DNA of 64,000 bases from SAR202 cluster bacterium (lineage in GTDB: Bacteria; Chloroflexota; Dehalococcoidia; Lucifugimonadales; VGZY01), in NCBI GenBank assembly GCA_016872355.1, contig VGZY01000004.1, forward strand, positions 15,688 to 79,687, in the 5' to 3' direction. A program made the position numbers and the translations under genes. Numbering within the stretch: position 1 is the first letter of the stretch; each line of letters begins with the position of its first letter. Below are positions 53,876 through 62,142 of the stretch, piece by piece. The notes beneath the pieces were generated by a model, which did no database searches, was not told where the DNA came from, and saw nothing but the letters and a program-made list of their open reading frames with translations.

Positions 53876-56800
53876 ATGTTCAAGCCGGTCAGCTCTAAAG
53901 TGGACTTTGTAGCCGTCGAGCATGCGATGCAGGAGTTCTGGGACAAGAACCAGGTCCGGCAAAAGTACCTCGAGCGCAACGACGGCGCGGAGAAAAGGTA
54001 CTCCTTCATCGATGGCCCCATCACGGCTAATAACCCCATGGGTGTCCACCACGGCTGGGGCCGCACCTATAAGGACCTCTTCCAGCGCTTCAAGGCCATG
54101 CAGGGCTACGACCAGCGCTTTCAAAACGGCTTCGACGGCCAGGGCCTGTGGATTGAGGTCGAGGTGGAGAAGCAGCTCGGACTGAACTCCAAGCGCGACA
54201 TCGAGAAGTACGGAATCGACAAGTTCATCGAGCTCTGCAAAGAGCGCGTCAGGAAGTTCGCCGCTATCCAGACCAACCAGTCGATCCGCCTCGGCTATTG
54301 GATGGACTGGGAGAACTCGTACCACACGATGTCGGACGAGAACAATTACTCGATCTGGCACTTCCTCAAGGTGTGCTTCGAGCGCGGCTGGGTCTACGAG
54401 GGCACGGACGTCATGCCGTGGTGTCCCCGCTGCGGAACCGGCCTGTCGCAGCACGAGATTGTGACCGAGGGCTACAAGGAGATCACCCACCCCGGCCTGT
54501 TCGTCCGCTTCCCGCTGGTGCAGAATGGCAGTCAGCAGTCGGCAGTCGGCAGTCAGCCGGAGGGGTCTGTTCCTCTCCCTCAGGGAGAGGCCTTTGGGCG
54601 CTTTGGCCCAAAGGGTGAGGGTGTTCCCCTGCCCGAGTCTCTCCTCATCTGGACGACCACTCCGTGGACGCTCACCGCCAACGCCGGCGCTGCCGTCCAC
54701 CCGGACCTCACCTACGTGAAGGTGAAGGTAAAGGGCACCGCGCCCGACAAGGGCGACGAGGTGCTGTACCTCCTGAAGGAGCGCCTGTCCGTCCTCAAGG
54801 CGGAGCACGAGATCCTGCGCGAGATGCCGGGCAAGATGCTTGGGGGCCTCGTCTACCGCGCGCCGTTCGAGGAGCTGAAAGCCCAGGAGGGCGTCAAGCA
54901 CCGAGTCGTCGTGTGGGATGAGGTCAGCCAGAGCGAGGGCACCGGCATCGTGCACAACGCGCCCGGCGCGGGCCAGGAGGACTTCGCTCTCGGCAAGAAG
55001 GAGGGGCTGTCCGTAATCGCGCCGCTGGACGAGTTCGGCAGCTTCGTCGAGGGGTTCGGTTCGTTCACCGGCAAGAGCGTCTTCGAGGTCAACAAGCCGA
55101 TCTATGACAGCCTGCGCGAGAAGGGCGTCTTCTACCGGCTGGACCAGTACAAGCACCGCTACCCCGTATGCTGGCGCTGCAACACAGAGCTCGTCTTCAG
55201 GCTCGTGGACGAGTGGTTCATCTCCATGGACGAGCTGCGGCACATGATCGCCAACGTTGCCAAACAGGCGCGGTGGATACCGGAGTTCGGACTCCAGCGC
55301 GAGCTGGACTGGCTCAACAACATGCACGACTGGATGATCTCAAAAAAGCGCTACTGGGGCCTTGCGCTGCCCATCTACAAGTGCTCCTGCGGCCACTTCG
55401 AGGTCATCGGCAGCGAGACCGAGCTGGGCCTGCGGGCGATCGAGGGGTGGGACAAGTTCCAGGGACACTCCCCTCACCGCCCGTGGATAGACCACGTCAA
55501 GATCGAGTGCCCGCGGTGCGGCGGCAAGGTGTCGCGCATCAAGGACGTCGGCAACCCGTGGCTGGACGCCGGCATCGTGCCGTTCTCGACACTCCAGTAC
55601 CGCCACGACAAGGAGTACTGGAAGAAGTGGTTCCCGGCGGACCTCGTCTCCGAGAGCTTCCCGGGCCAGTTCCGCAACTGGTTCTACTCCCTGCTGACCA
55701 TGAGCACGGCTCTCGAGAACGCCACGCCGTTCAAGAACATCTTCACCTACGCCCTCATGCGCGACGAGAAGGGCGAGGAGATGCACAAGAGCAAGGGCAA
55801 CGCAATCTGGTTCGAGGACGCCGCCGAGAAGATGGGCGCGGACTCCATGCGCTGGCTCTACAGCCGCCAGAACCCGCCGCAGAACCTGAACTTCGGCTTC
55901 AACGTCGCGGACGAGGTGCGCCGCCAGTTCATAATCCCGCTGCGGAACGTTTACAGCTTCTTCGTCACCTACGCGAATATCGACAACTTCGACCCCACGT
56001 CGCCCGCGCCCGCGTTGAAGGACCGTGCCGAGCTCGACCGCTGGATCATCTCGGAGCTCAACAAGCTCGTCGCGGACGTTACGAACGCCCTCGAGAACTA
56101 CAGCCCGGACGGCGCGGCCAAGGCGTGCGAAGAGTTCGTGGAGTACCTGTCGAACTGGTACGTCCGCCGCAGTCGCCGCCGCTTCTGGAAGAGCGACGTC
56201 GACCAGGACAAGCAGTCCGCGTACTTGACGCTGTACGAGTGCCTGACGACGCTCACGAGGCTGCTCGCCCCGTTCATGCCGTTCCTGATGGAGGAGATGT
56301 ACCAGAATCTGGTAGTCGGCAGTCAGCAGTCAGCAGTCGGCAAAGCCAAAGAGAGCGTCCACCTGGACGACTTCCCCGTCTCAGACCCATCGAAGATCGA
56401 CACACGCCTGTCGGACGCTACCCGACTGGCGATGAAGCTCTCCAGCCTGGGCCGCTCCGCGCGCGCCAGGACCTCCATCAAGGTGCGCCAGCCGGTCGAG
56501 AAGCTCCTCGTGAAGCTGCGTGCGACGGAGGAGGCGGCCCTGCTGGAGCAGGTGGCCCCACAGGTGCGCGATGAGCTGAACGTCAAGCAGGTAGAAGTGC
56601 TCAAGGACGAGACGCAGGTCATGACCATCGACATCAAGCCGAACCTGGCGCTCCTGGGTCCCGAGTACGGCGCAAACATGCGCAAGGTCGTCGCCGCGCT
56701 CCAGGCGCTGCCGCCGATGGAGGTCTACGCGCAGGCGTCGTCCGGCAAGCAGGTCAAGGCGGGCGAGTTCACGCTGGAGCCTCAGGAAGTCCTCGTGAAC

Positions 56801-57142
56801 ATGTCCGACAAGCCGGGCTACTCGTTTGTCACAGAGGGCGGCTATGGCGCGGCGGTCACGACGGCCATCTCCCCGGAGCTGGCCCTTGAGGGCCACGCGC
56901 GGGAGCTGGTCCACCTCATCCAGAACATGCGCCGCACCGCGGACTTCGACATCGCCGACTACATAGTCACCTACTACCAGGGCGACGCCGAGCTGGACAG
57001 GGTGGTCGCCACCCACGGCGACTACATCCGCCAGGAGACGCTGTCGCGCGACATCGTCAAGGGCGCGGCCCCGTCCGGCGCCCACGCCGAGCAGCACAAG
57101 GTCAACGGCATGGCCGCGACCATCGGGGTGAAGCGGGCGTAG
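53876..57142 (+). CDS. ileS: Isoleucine--tRNA ligase (type 2), carrying two repeat-derived in-frame inserts
   Basis: 1088 aa from ATG 53876 (GAGGTGG upstream). Motifs PITANNPMGVHHGWGRTYKD (HIGH-class), WTTTPWTL (CP1), KMHKSKGN (KMSKS). Confidence 0.95.
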   Translation: MFKPVSSKVDFVAVEHAMQEFWDKNQVRQKYLERNDGAEKRYSFIDGPITANNPMGVHHGWGRTYKDLFQRFKAMQGYDQRFQNGFDGQGLWIEVEVEKQLGLNSKRDIEKYGIDKFIELCKERVRKFAAIQTNQSIRLGYWMDWENSYHTMSDENNYSIWHFLKVCFERGWVYEGTDVMPWCPRCGTGLSQHEIVTEGYKEITHPGLFVRFPLVQNGSQQSAVGSQPEGSVPLPQGEAFGRFGPKGEGVPLPESLLIWTTTPWTLTANAGAAVHPDLTYVKVKVKGTAPDKGDEVLYLLKERLSVLKAEHEILREMPGKMLGGLVYRAPFEELKAQEGVKHRVVVWDEVSQSEGTGIVHNAPGAGQEDFALGKKEGLSVIAPLDEFGSFVEGFGSFTGKSVFEVNKPIYDSLREKGVFYRLDQYKHRYPVCWRCNTELVFRLVDEWFISMDELRHMIANVAKQARWIPEFGLQRELDWLNNMHDWMISKKRYWGLALPIYKCSCGHFEVIGSETELGLRAIEGWDKFQGHSPHRPWIDHVKIECPRCGGKVSRIKDVGNPWLDAGIVPFSTLQYRHDKEYWKKWFPADLVSESFPGQFRNWFYSLLTMSTALENATPFKNIFTYALMRDEKGEEMHKSKGNAIWFEDAAEKMGADSMRWLYSRQNPPQNLNFGFNVADEVRRQFIIPLRNVYSFFVTYANIDNFDPTSPAPALKDRAELDRWIISELNKLVADVTNALENYSPDGAAKACEEFVEYLSNWYVRRSRRRFWKSDVDQDKQSAYLTLYECLTTLTRLLAPFMPFLMEEMYQNLVVGSQQSAVGKAKESVHLDDFPVSDPSKIDTRLSDATRLAMKLSSLGRSARARTSIKVRQPVEKLLVKLRATEEAALLEQVAPQVRDELNVKQVEVLKDETQVMTIDIKPNLALLGPEYGANMRKVVAALQALPPMEVYAQASSGKQVKAGEFTLEPQEVLVNMSDKPGYSFVTEGGYGAAVTTAISPELALEGHARELVHLIQNMRRTADFDIADYIVTYYQGDAELDRVVATHGDYIRQETLSRDIVKGAAPSGAHAEQHKVNGMAATIGVKRA
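54521..54636. repeat. Heptamer array + full double-hairpin module embedded in frame in ileS
   Basis: AATGGCAGTCAGCAGTCGGCAGTCGGCAGTCAG, then CCTCTCCC-TCA-GGGAGAGG, CCTTTGGGCGCTTTGGCCCAAAGG, GTGAGGGTG. Encodes QNGSQQSAVGSQPEGSVPLPQGEAFGRFGPKGEGVPLPE. Confidence 0.9.
56312..56343. repeat. Heptamer array embedded in frame in ileS
   Basis: GTAGTCGGCAGTCAGCAGTCAGCAGTCGGCAA encodes VVGSQQSAVGK between ..EEMYQNL and AKESVHLDDFP. Confidence 0.85.
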
Positions 57143-57185
57143 CAGAAACTATTGCACAGGTGCTATAGTATTTCGAGCGGACTGT

Positions 57186-57476
57186 ATGATGGTCCAGTAC
57201 ATCGATCACACCGGCTCCGTTATTGTCCTCACCAACGAGGCGACGGCCCACATCTTGACCAGGCATCGAGAGATGGCCGGGGAGATGCATAAGATCGCAT
57301 CGGTGCTGCTGGAGCCTGATAGAGTCCTGCCCGACAGCCGGTTTGCGGGCACCTACAGGTATTACCGGGCGTTTGACAGCATGGCGATGGGCCGGAAGTT
57401 CATCTGCGTGGTAGTGAAGAAGCTGCCGAACGAAGCGTTCGTGAAGACGGCGTTTCTTACTGGCAGGATCAGGTAG
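57186..57476 (+). CDS. Small conserved-looking protein, candidate toxin of a two-gene module (family not firmly recognised)
   Basis: 96 aa. ..VLTNEATAHILTRHREM... and ..FICVVVKKLPNEAFVKTAFLT.. Lies 9 nt upstream of a DUF2283-like gene. Confidence 0.5.
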   Translation: MMVQYIDHTGSVIVLTNEATAHILTRHREMAGEMHKIASVLLEPDRVLPDSRFAGTYRYYRAFDSMAMGRKFICVVVKKLPNEAFVKTAFLTGRIR

Positions 57477-57485
57477 AGGTGGCAA

Positions 57486-57956
57486 TTGGACAAGAAGATC
57501 AGCCTGTGGTACGACCCGGATGTGGACATACTTGAGGTCCTTTGGGATGAAGCCCCAGGTACTTTTGAGCCCATCGAGTCCGATGAGCGCATCCTCGAAC
57601 GAATTGACGAAAACGGTGAAGCCCTCGGTTTCATGATCCAGGAATTCAGTACGCTCAAGGCGGAATCCTGGATCGACTTTCATGTCGGGGGGCGTCCTCG
57701 ACCCGGCCTGGAGAACATGACCGTTGAAATGGCCGCCCGGGAGATCGGTGTTTCGGGCAGTCGCATGCGCCAGTTGCTGGCCGCCGGGAGAATTCAGGGC
57801 GCCCGAAAGCTCGGACGTGATTGGATAGTGCCGACGCCCGTGCGGATGGTCCCAGGCGAGCGTGGGCCGATCGGTGTTGCAGGCTCAAGGCCGGCGAAGT
57901 CCGCCCGTTCGTCAAAAAAGCCCTCTCCCGCCCCATCTGCAACATCGCAAATCTAA
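57486..57956 (+). CDS. DUF2283-like domain fused to a helix-turn-helix domain (candidate antitoxin/regulator)
   Basis: 156 aa. N-terminus ISLWYDPDVDILEVLWDE...DENGEALGFMIQEFS (DUF2283 pattern). C-terminus MTVEMAAREIGVSGSRMRQLLAAGRIQGARKLGRDWIVP (excisionase/MerR-type HTH). Confidence 0.6.
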   Translation: MDKKISLWYDPDVDILEVLWDEAPGTFEPIESDERILERIDENGEALGFMIQEFSTLKAESWIDFHVGGRPRPGLENMTVEMAAREIGVSGSRMRQLLAAGRIQGARKLGRDWIVPTPVRMVPGERGPIGVAGSRPAKSARSSKKPSPAPSATSQI

Positions 57957-58082
57957 AACGCTTCCGCACCATAGGGGCGGCCCAGTGTGGCCGCCCTTAA
58001 CCTTTCTGCGAAGATTGACGCCCGGAGCGTATTATCGGCCAATATGGTATACTTCCTGCCCCGCACACCAGGAAGGAGTACC

Positions 58083-58638
58083 ATGAATCGCATCGTCGTC
58101 CTGGGCTCGACCGGCTCCGGCAAGACCACAATGGCGAAGCAGCTTTCACAGCGGCTCGGCATCCCGCACATCGAGCTCGACGCCTTTCGCTGGGACCCGA
58201 ACTGGACAGAGACGACCAACGAGGTCTTCCGCCCCCGCGTCGCCGAGGCGGTGAAGGCCGACGCGTGGATCATGGACGGCAACTACGGGTTCGCGCGCGA
58301 CCTTAGCTGGCCGATCGCGGATACGGCAGTGTGGCTGGACTACTCCTTCCCCCTGGTATTTATGCGACTCACTCGCCGCATCTTCAGGCGCAGCATCTTC
58401 CGCGAGAAGCTGTGGAACGGAAACGTGGAGAGCGGCTGGAAGCACTTCGTGACGAAGGACTCGCTTTACCTGTGGCTCGTCCGCAGCCACTGGCGCAGGC
58501 GCCGTCAATTGGCCCAGCTCATGGTTGATCCCCGCTACGCCCACATCCACTTTAACCCGCCTCAAGTCTGCCCGCCAGGCGCGCAAGTGGCTGTCTTCCG
58601 TTTCACCCCAGCCCGGCCCCCGGCCTACTCCACCGTGA
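58083..58638 (+). pseudogene. P-loop kinase (adenylate-kinase/FlaR-like), frameshifted near its 3' end
   Basis: ATG 58083 (GGAAGGAG upstream): MNRIVVLGSTGSGKTTMAKQLSQRLGIPHIELD.... After ..DPRYAHIHF (TTTAACCC, 58551-58558) the expected tail TRLKSARQARKWLSSV...* is in the +1 frame, ending at TGA 58636-58638. The track's 449-aa ORF is an artefact of the shift. Confidence 0.7.
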
Positions 58639-59089
58639 ACGGCAAGTTTCTAACCAGCTTGTCCCCTACCCATACGCGGATAACATATGTCCCCCCGCTG
58701 TCAATCGCGCCGAGATCGGTCCTGTTGACGCCGGCCACCAGAGTAGCGGAGTTGTTTGACTTCACCGTCCCCGACCTGCCGCGCTCCTGCAGGCAGAACC
58801 GCGTCACGACCTCCGACTTTGCGTCCGTCTCCACTACAACCGCGTCAGTCTTCCCAAACCTCTGCCCGTTCTCACCAATCGGAGGCGAGCCGCTCCCGAA
58901 CTCCATGCTGGTGAAGAATTGGTCGAAGGCGGCGGTATCCGCGCTACCGGGCCCGCTGCACTCCTGTCTGGTAGGCAGCGGTGTGCCGTTAACGGATTGC
59001 GGTGCGCTCTCGCCACACGCGGCTATGGCAAGAAGGGCCAGAAACGTCAGTACCATCGTGGCAGCCGACGGCCGGAGCGACGCGATCAT
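58625..59089 (-). CDS. Lipoprotein (hypothetical)
   Basis: 154 aa from MIASLRPSAATMVLTFLALLAIAAC (lipobox LAIAAC). Confidence 0.6.
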   Translation of the reverse strand: MIASLRPSAATMVLTFLALLAIAACGESAPQSVNGTPLPTRQECSGPGSADTAAFDQFFTSMEFGSGSPPIGENGQRFGKTDAVVVETDAKSEVVTRFCLQERGRSGTVKSNNSATLVAGVNRTDLGAIDSGGTYVIRVWVGDKLVRNLPFTVE

Positions 59090-59268
59090 CTTGACCTCCA
59101 TCGGGCGATATTTGGCCGGAGGGACGCCCAAGTCCCGCGTATCATGCGCCCGGGCGACTCTGGGGTGTAAAGGCGGAACGGCAGCAAGAAACTCGCACAT
59201 CGCACAAATCCGACCGGATGTCGTATCATCCACTCGCGCGCATTCTGAGACACCGCACGGAGGGACTC

Positions 59269-60231
59269 ATGGCTACTATCGGCAGCGGGAAGTATACCTA
59301 CGAGATTACCGGCCAGGACTGGGGCAAGCTTCTTGAGGGGTGGTCCTACAAGGAGGCGACGGCCGTAGCCGTGGACGCGAAGGACAATGTATTCGTGTTT
59401 GGCCGCGGCAAGCCGTCAGTCATCGTCATGAACAGGGACGGCGAAGTCCTCCGCTCATGGGGCGACGGCCTCTTCACTAACCCCCACGGAATAACCATCG
59501 GCCCGGACGGCGCCGTCTACTGCGTGGATGTCGGCGACCATACCGTGCGCAAGTTCACGCCCGAGGGCAAGCTGCTGATGACCCTCGGCACGCCGGGCAA
59601 GGCGACGATGGACAAACCCTTCAACCGCCCTTCCCACGCGGCCGTAGACCCGCGCGATGGCAGCCTCTACGTATCGGACGGCTACAACAACGCCCGTGTC
59701 CACAAGTTCTCGCCGGACGGCAAGCTGCTGCACTCCTGGGGCCGGTCCGGTACCGACCCCGGCGAGTTCAACATTGTCCACAACGTTGCGGTGGACAGGG
59801 AAGGCTGGGTCTACGTCGCGGACCGGGAGAACCATCGCGTACAGGTCTTCGACTCAAAGGGCAAGTTCGAGTCCCAGTGGGTGAATCTTGCGCCAGCGTC
59901 GTGTATCTACGTGGATACGCGCGCCGAGCCGGTAGTATACGTGGGCGAGTTCTATGCCGGCCTGCCGGAGTCACCGAGCGGCTACGGCAACTGGACGCAA
60001 TCTCGCCTTGGCCCGCGCCTTACGGTCCTGGACCGCAAGGGCAAGGTTCTGGCGCGCGTGGGCGACCGGCCCATGGGCCTGGAGACGGGCCAGTTCGTCG
60101 CGCCTCACGGCATCGCCGTGGACTCGAAGGGGGACGTGTACGTCGCGGAGGTATCGTTCTCGATCTACGGCTCAAAACAGACGCCGCCGCGCACCGTTCG
60201 GTCATTCCAGAAGCTCGTGAGGAAGGGATAG
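59269..60231 (+). CDS. NHL-repeat six-bladed beta-propeller protein (peptidylamidoglycolate-lyase-like)
   Basis: 320 aa from MATIGSGKYTYE. Repeats include PHGITIGPDGAVYCVDVGDHTVRKF, PSHAAVDPRDGSLYVSDGYNNARVHKF, VHNVAVDREGWVYVADRENHRVQVF and PHGIAVDSKGDVYVAE. Confidence 0.7.
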   Translation: MATIGSGKYTYEITGQDWGKLLEGWSYKEATAVAVDAKDNVFVFGRGKPSVIVMNRDGEVLRSWGDGLFTNPHGITIGPDGAVYCVDVGDHTVRKFTPEGKLLMTLGTPGKATMDKPFNRPSHAAVDPRDGSLYVSDGYNNARVHKFSPDGKLLHSWGRSGTDPGEFNIVHNVAVDREGWVYVADRENHRVQVFDSKGKFESQWVNLAPASCIYVDTRAEPVVYVGEFYAGLPESPSGYGNWTQSRLGPRLTVLDRKGKVLARVGDRPMGLETGQFVAPHGIAVDSKGDVYVAEVSFSIYGSKQTPPRTVRSFQKLVRKG

Positions 60232-62055
60232 GGTCACCTGCCCCCATGGCTCAAAGAGCAGCGTTGCCCCGGGCTCGGGCAGGTCCACAACCGCCACCTC
60301 GCTCCCATCCGCTATGGTGTGCAGGTAACCTGTGATCCGCGGGTCCAGCCTGTCGTAGACCTCAAAATCGGGGATTATCACGCGCGTCACGCGGCTCCCG
60401 AGTTGCAGCTCTCCGGAACCGCGTTCCAGGTTCTGCAGGTTGTAGTCCGTGCGCCCGCCGGAGGCCGCGTAAAGGTGGCCCCACTGCCCTTGCAGGTCCC
60501 ATCCCACGCCATAGACGCCGTACCGCGGCAGGTAGTAGGACGCCTGCCTGAAGCTCCCGCTGAGGGTCGGCATCGTCAGGACTACCGTCGACTCGGCGGG
60601 GTACCGACCGATGAACTCGGTCATCGATTTCCAGTGGAGATCGCTGGCGCGCGCGTTGTACTGGCGGAGCCGCCAGTCCTCCACAAACCCGTCCCCCGCG
60701 GCGACGTAGACGGCCTCTTTTATCGCCTCGTCGTTCCCGGGAAGAGACATTGCCTGGAGCCTGCCGAAGCTGACGATGTTCGCAACGACAAGCAGGGCGA
60801 TCGCCCCGGCGCCCGCGTTCGATAGCCTGGGGATGGGGGCGAGAACGCCGAGTGTGGCGCTATTGGGGATGAGCCGGCGCGCGGCGACAGGCTGGAGCCG
60901 TTCGCCCGCCAGCATTCGGCCGAGCCAGATGAAGCCGATCGGTAGCACCATGAGCACGTAACCAACCTGCCCTGTATGCACGAGCAGGTACGTGGCCAGG
61001 CTGGGGATCGCCCAGAGCAGGAAGAAGCGACTGTCTTCCCGGGACAGCGGCGCAGGCCTCACCCCCGCGATCAGGCAGATCACCCAAACGACCAGCCCAA
61101 CATTCATCCCGATCGCCAGGCCCACAGCCACCAGGCCCATGTTCTGTATGAGACCTGTCGGGTCCATGGTGAAGATGTATGTCCTGAACCCGACCAGAGA
61201 CGCGAGGGCCATCGACTCCCTCACATACGCGTCGAGGCCGCCCGACGATACCAGCAGCGGGACCAGCCACGCAGTGTTCAGTGCGACAAACGCCGCGAAG
61301 ATGCGCGCCCTCGTCTGCCACGGGAAGGCCCAGAGCGTGTACAGCCAGATGGGGACCAGCAGCACCAGACCGCTCTGCCTCAGCGCGCCCAGTAGCGCCA
61401 GCAGGAACGTCGCCACAGCCAGGTGTCCCAGTGAAACGCGCTTGCGGGCCACGTAGCACGCCCACAGCGCCGGGATGGCCACCGCGGCTTCGACGGCATA
61501 CGTCAGCGCCACGGATGAGTAGTACCAGAGCACGGGCGACGTGCCGAAGAGCACGGCCACGGCGAGGGCGTGCCACCGGGGAAGGAAGCTCCTCGCGAGC
61601 CCGTAGAGCGCCGCCGTCGCTATGCCCCCGCTGAGGGTGCTCAGGAGCGTGAGCGCTGCATTTGCGTCGCCGGTAAAGGCCATCAGGGCCCGGCCCAGTC
61701 CAACATAGCCGATGTATCCGGGCGGGTGCGGCTGGTGGTGGAGAACGTCGAAGTGCTGCAACGCAAGCGCGAAGTTGACCGAGTCCCAGTTGATCAGGTA
61801 CCCGGCCCGGAAGGGCGCCCTGAGTGCCACAAACGCCAGAGCTATGAGCGCCGCGATCTGCCAGTCCCGTATCTCTGCCCGGCCTGCGAGGCGACGCAAC
61901 CTGCCCTGGGTGGCTGGTATCTCTGTCTTCTCCGGCGCGGGGGCAATCTCCAGGGTTTTGGCAGTCCATTGCTGAGGTTGGTCCATCAAACGTGACTCAT
62001 ACTCCAGGAAACGGGTTGAGGTGGGCGCGAGCGCGCCATATTTGAACCGTAACAT
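60202..62055 (-). CDS. Polytopic membrane glycosyltransferase-like protein (GT39/ArnT/PMT-type, DUF2723-like)
   Basis: 617-aa ORF with more than 10 TM helices. The loop motif NWDSVNFALALQHFDVLHHQPHPPGYIGY recalls PMT/DUF2723 families. The true start may be MDQPQQW at 61986. Confidence 0.55.
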   Translation of the reverse strand: MLRFKYGALAPTSTRFLEYESRLMDQPQQWTAKTLEIAPAPEKTEIPATQGRLRRLAGRAEIRDWQIAALIALAFVALRAPFRAGYLINWDSVNFALALQHFDVLHHQPHPPGYIGYVGLGRALMAFTGDANAALTLLSTLSGGIATAALYGLARSFLPRWHALAVAVLFGTSPVLWYYSSVALTYAVEAAVAIPALWACYVARKRVSLGHLAVATFLLALLGALRQSGLVLLVPIWLYTLWAFPWQTRARIFAAFVALNTAWLVPLLVSSGGLDAYVRESMALASLVGFRTYIFTMDPTGLIQNMGLVAVGLAIGMNVGLVVWVICLIAGVRPAPLSREDSRFFLLWAIPSLATYLLVHTGQVGYVLMVLPIGFIWLGRMLAGERLQPVAARRLIPNSATLGVLAPIPRLSNAGAGAIALLVVANIVSFGRLQAMSLPGNDEAIKEAVYVAAGDGFVEDWRLRQYNARASDLHWKSMTEFIGRYPAESTVVLTMPTLSGSFRQASYYLPRYGVYGVGWDLQGQWGHLYAASGGRTDYNLQNLERGSGELQLGSRVTRVIIPDFEVYDRLDPRITGYLHTIADGSEVAVVDLPEPGATLLFEPWGQVTLSLPHELLE

Positions 62056-62142
62056 ATATGTTAACTACGACTAATCACACGAATCGGCGATTGAGCGCCG
62101 GGCAAGGTGTTACCGTTCAATAAGCCGTTGGTGGTATCGACT

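Noticed and set aside
53633-55327. 564-aa minus-strand ORF
   Set aside because: It is antisense to ileS and runs across the T-box leader and its terminator, so it is a shadow ORF.
57987-59336. 449-aa plus-strand ORF as a single large protein
   Set aside because: Only residues ~33-190 are kinase-like. After a frameshift at 58551-58558 it reads antisense through a lipoprotein gene. The true gene most likely ends at TGA 58636-58638 in the +1 frame.
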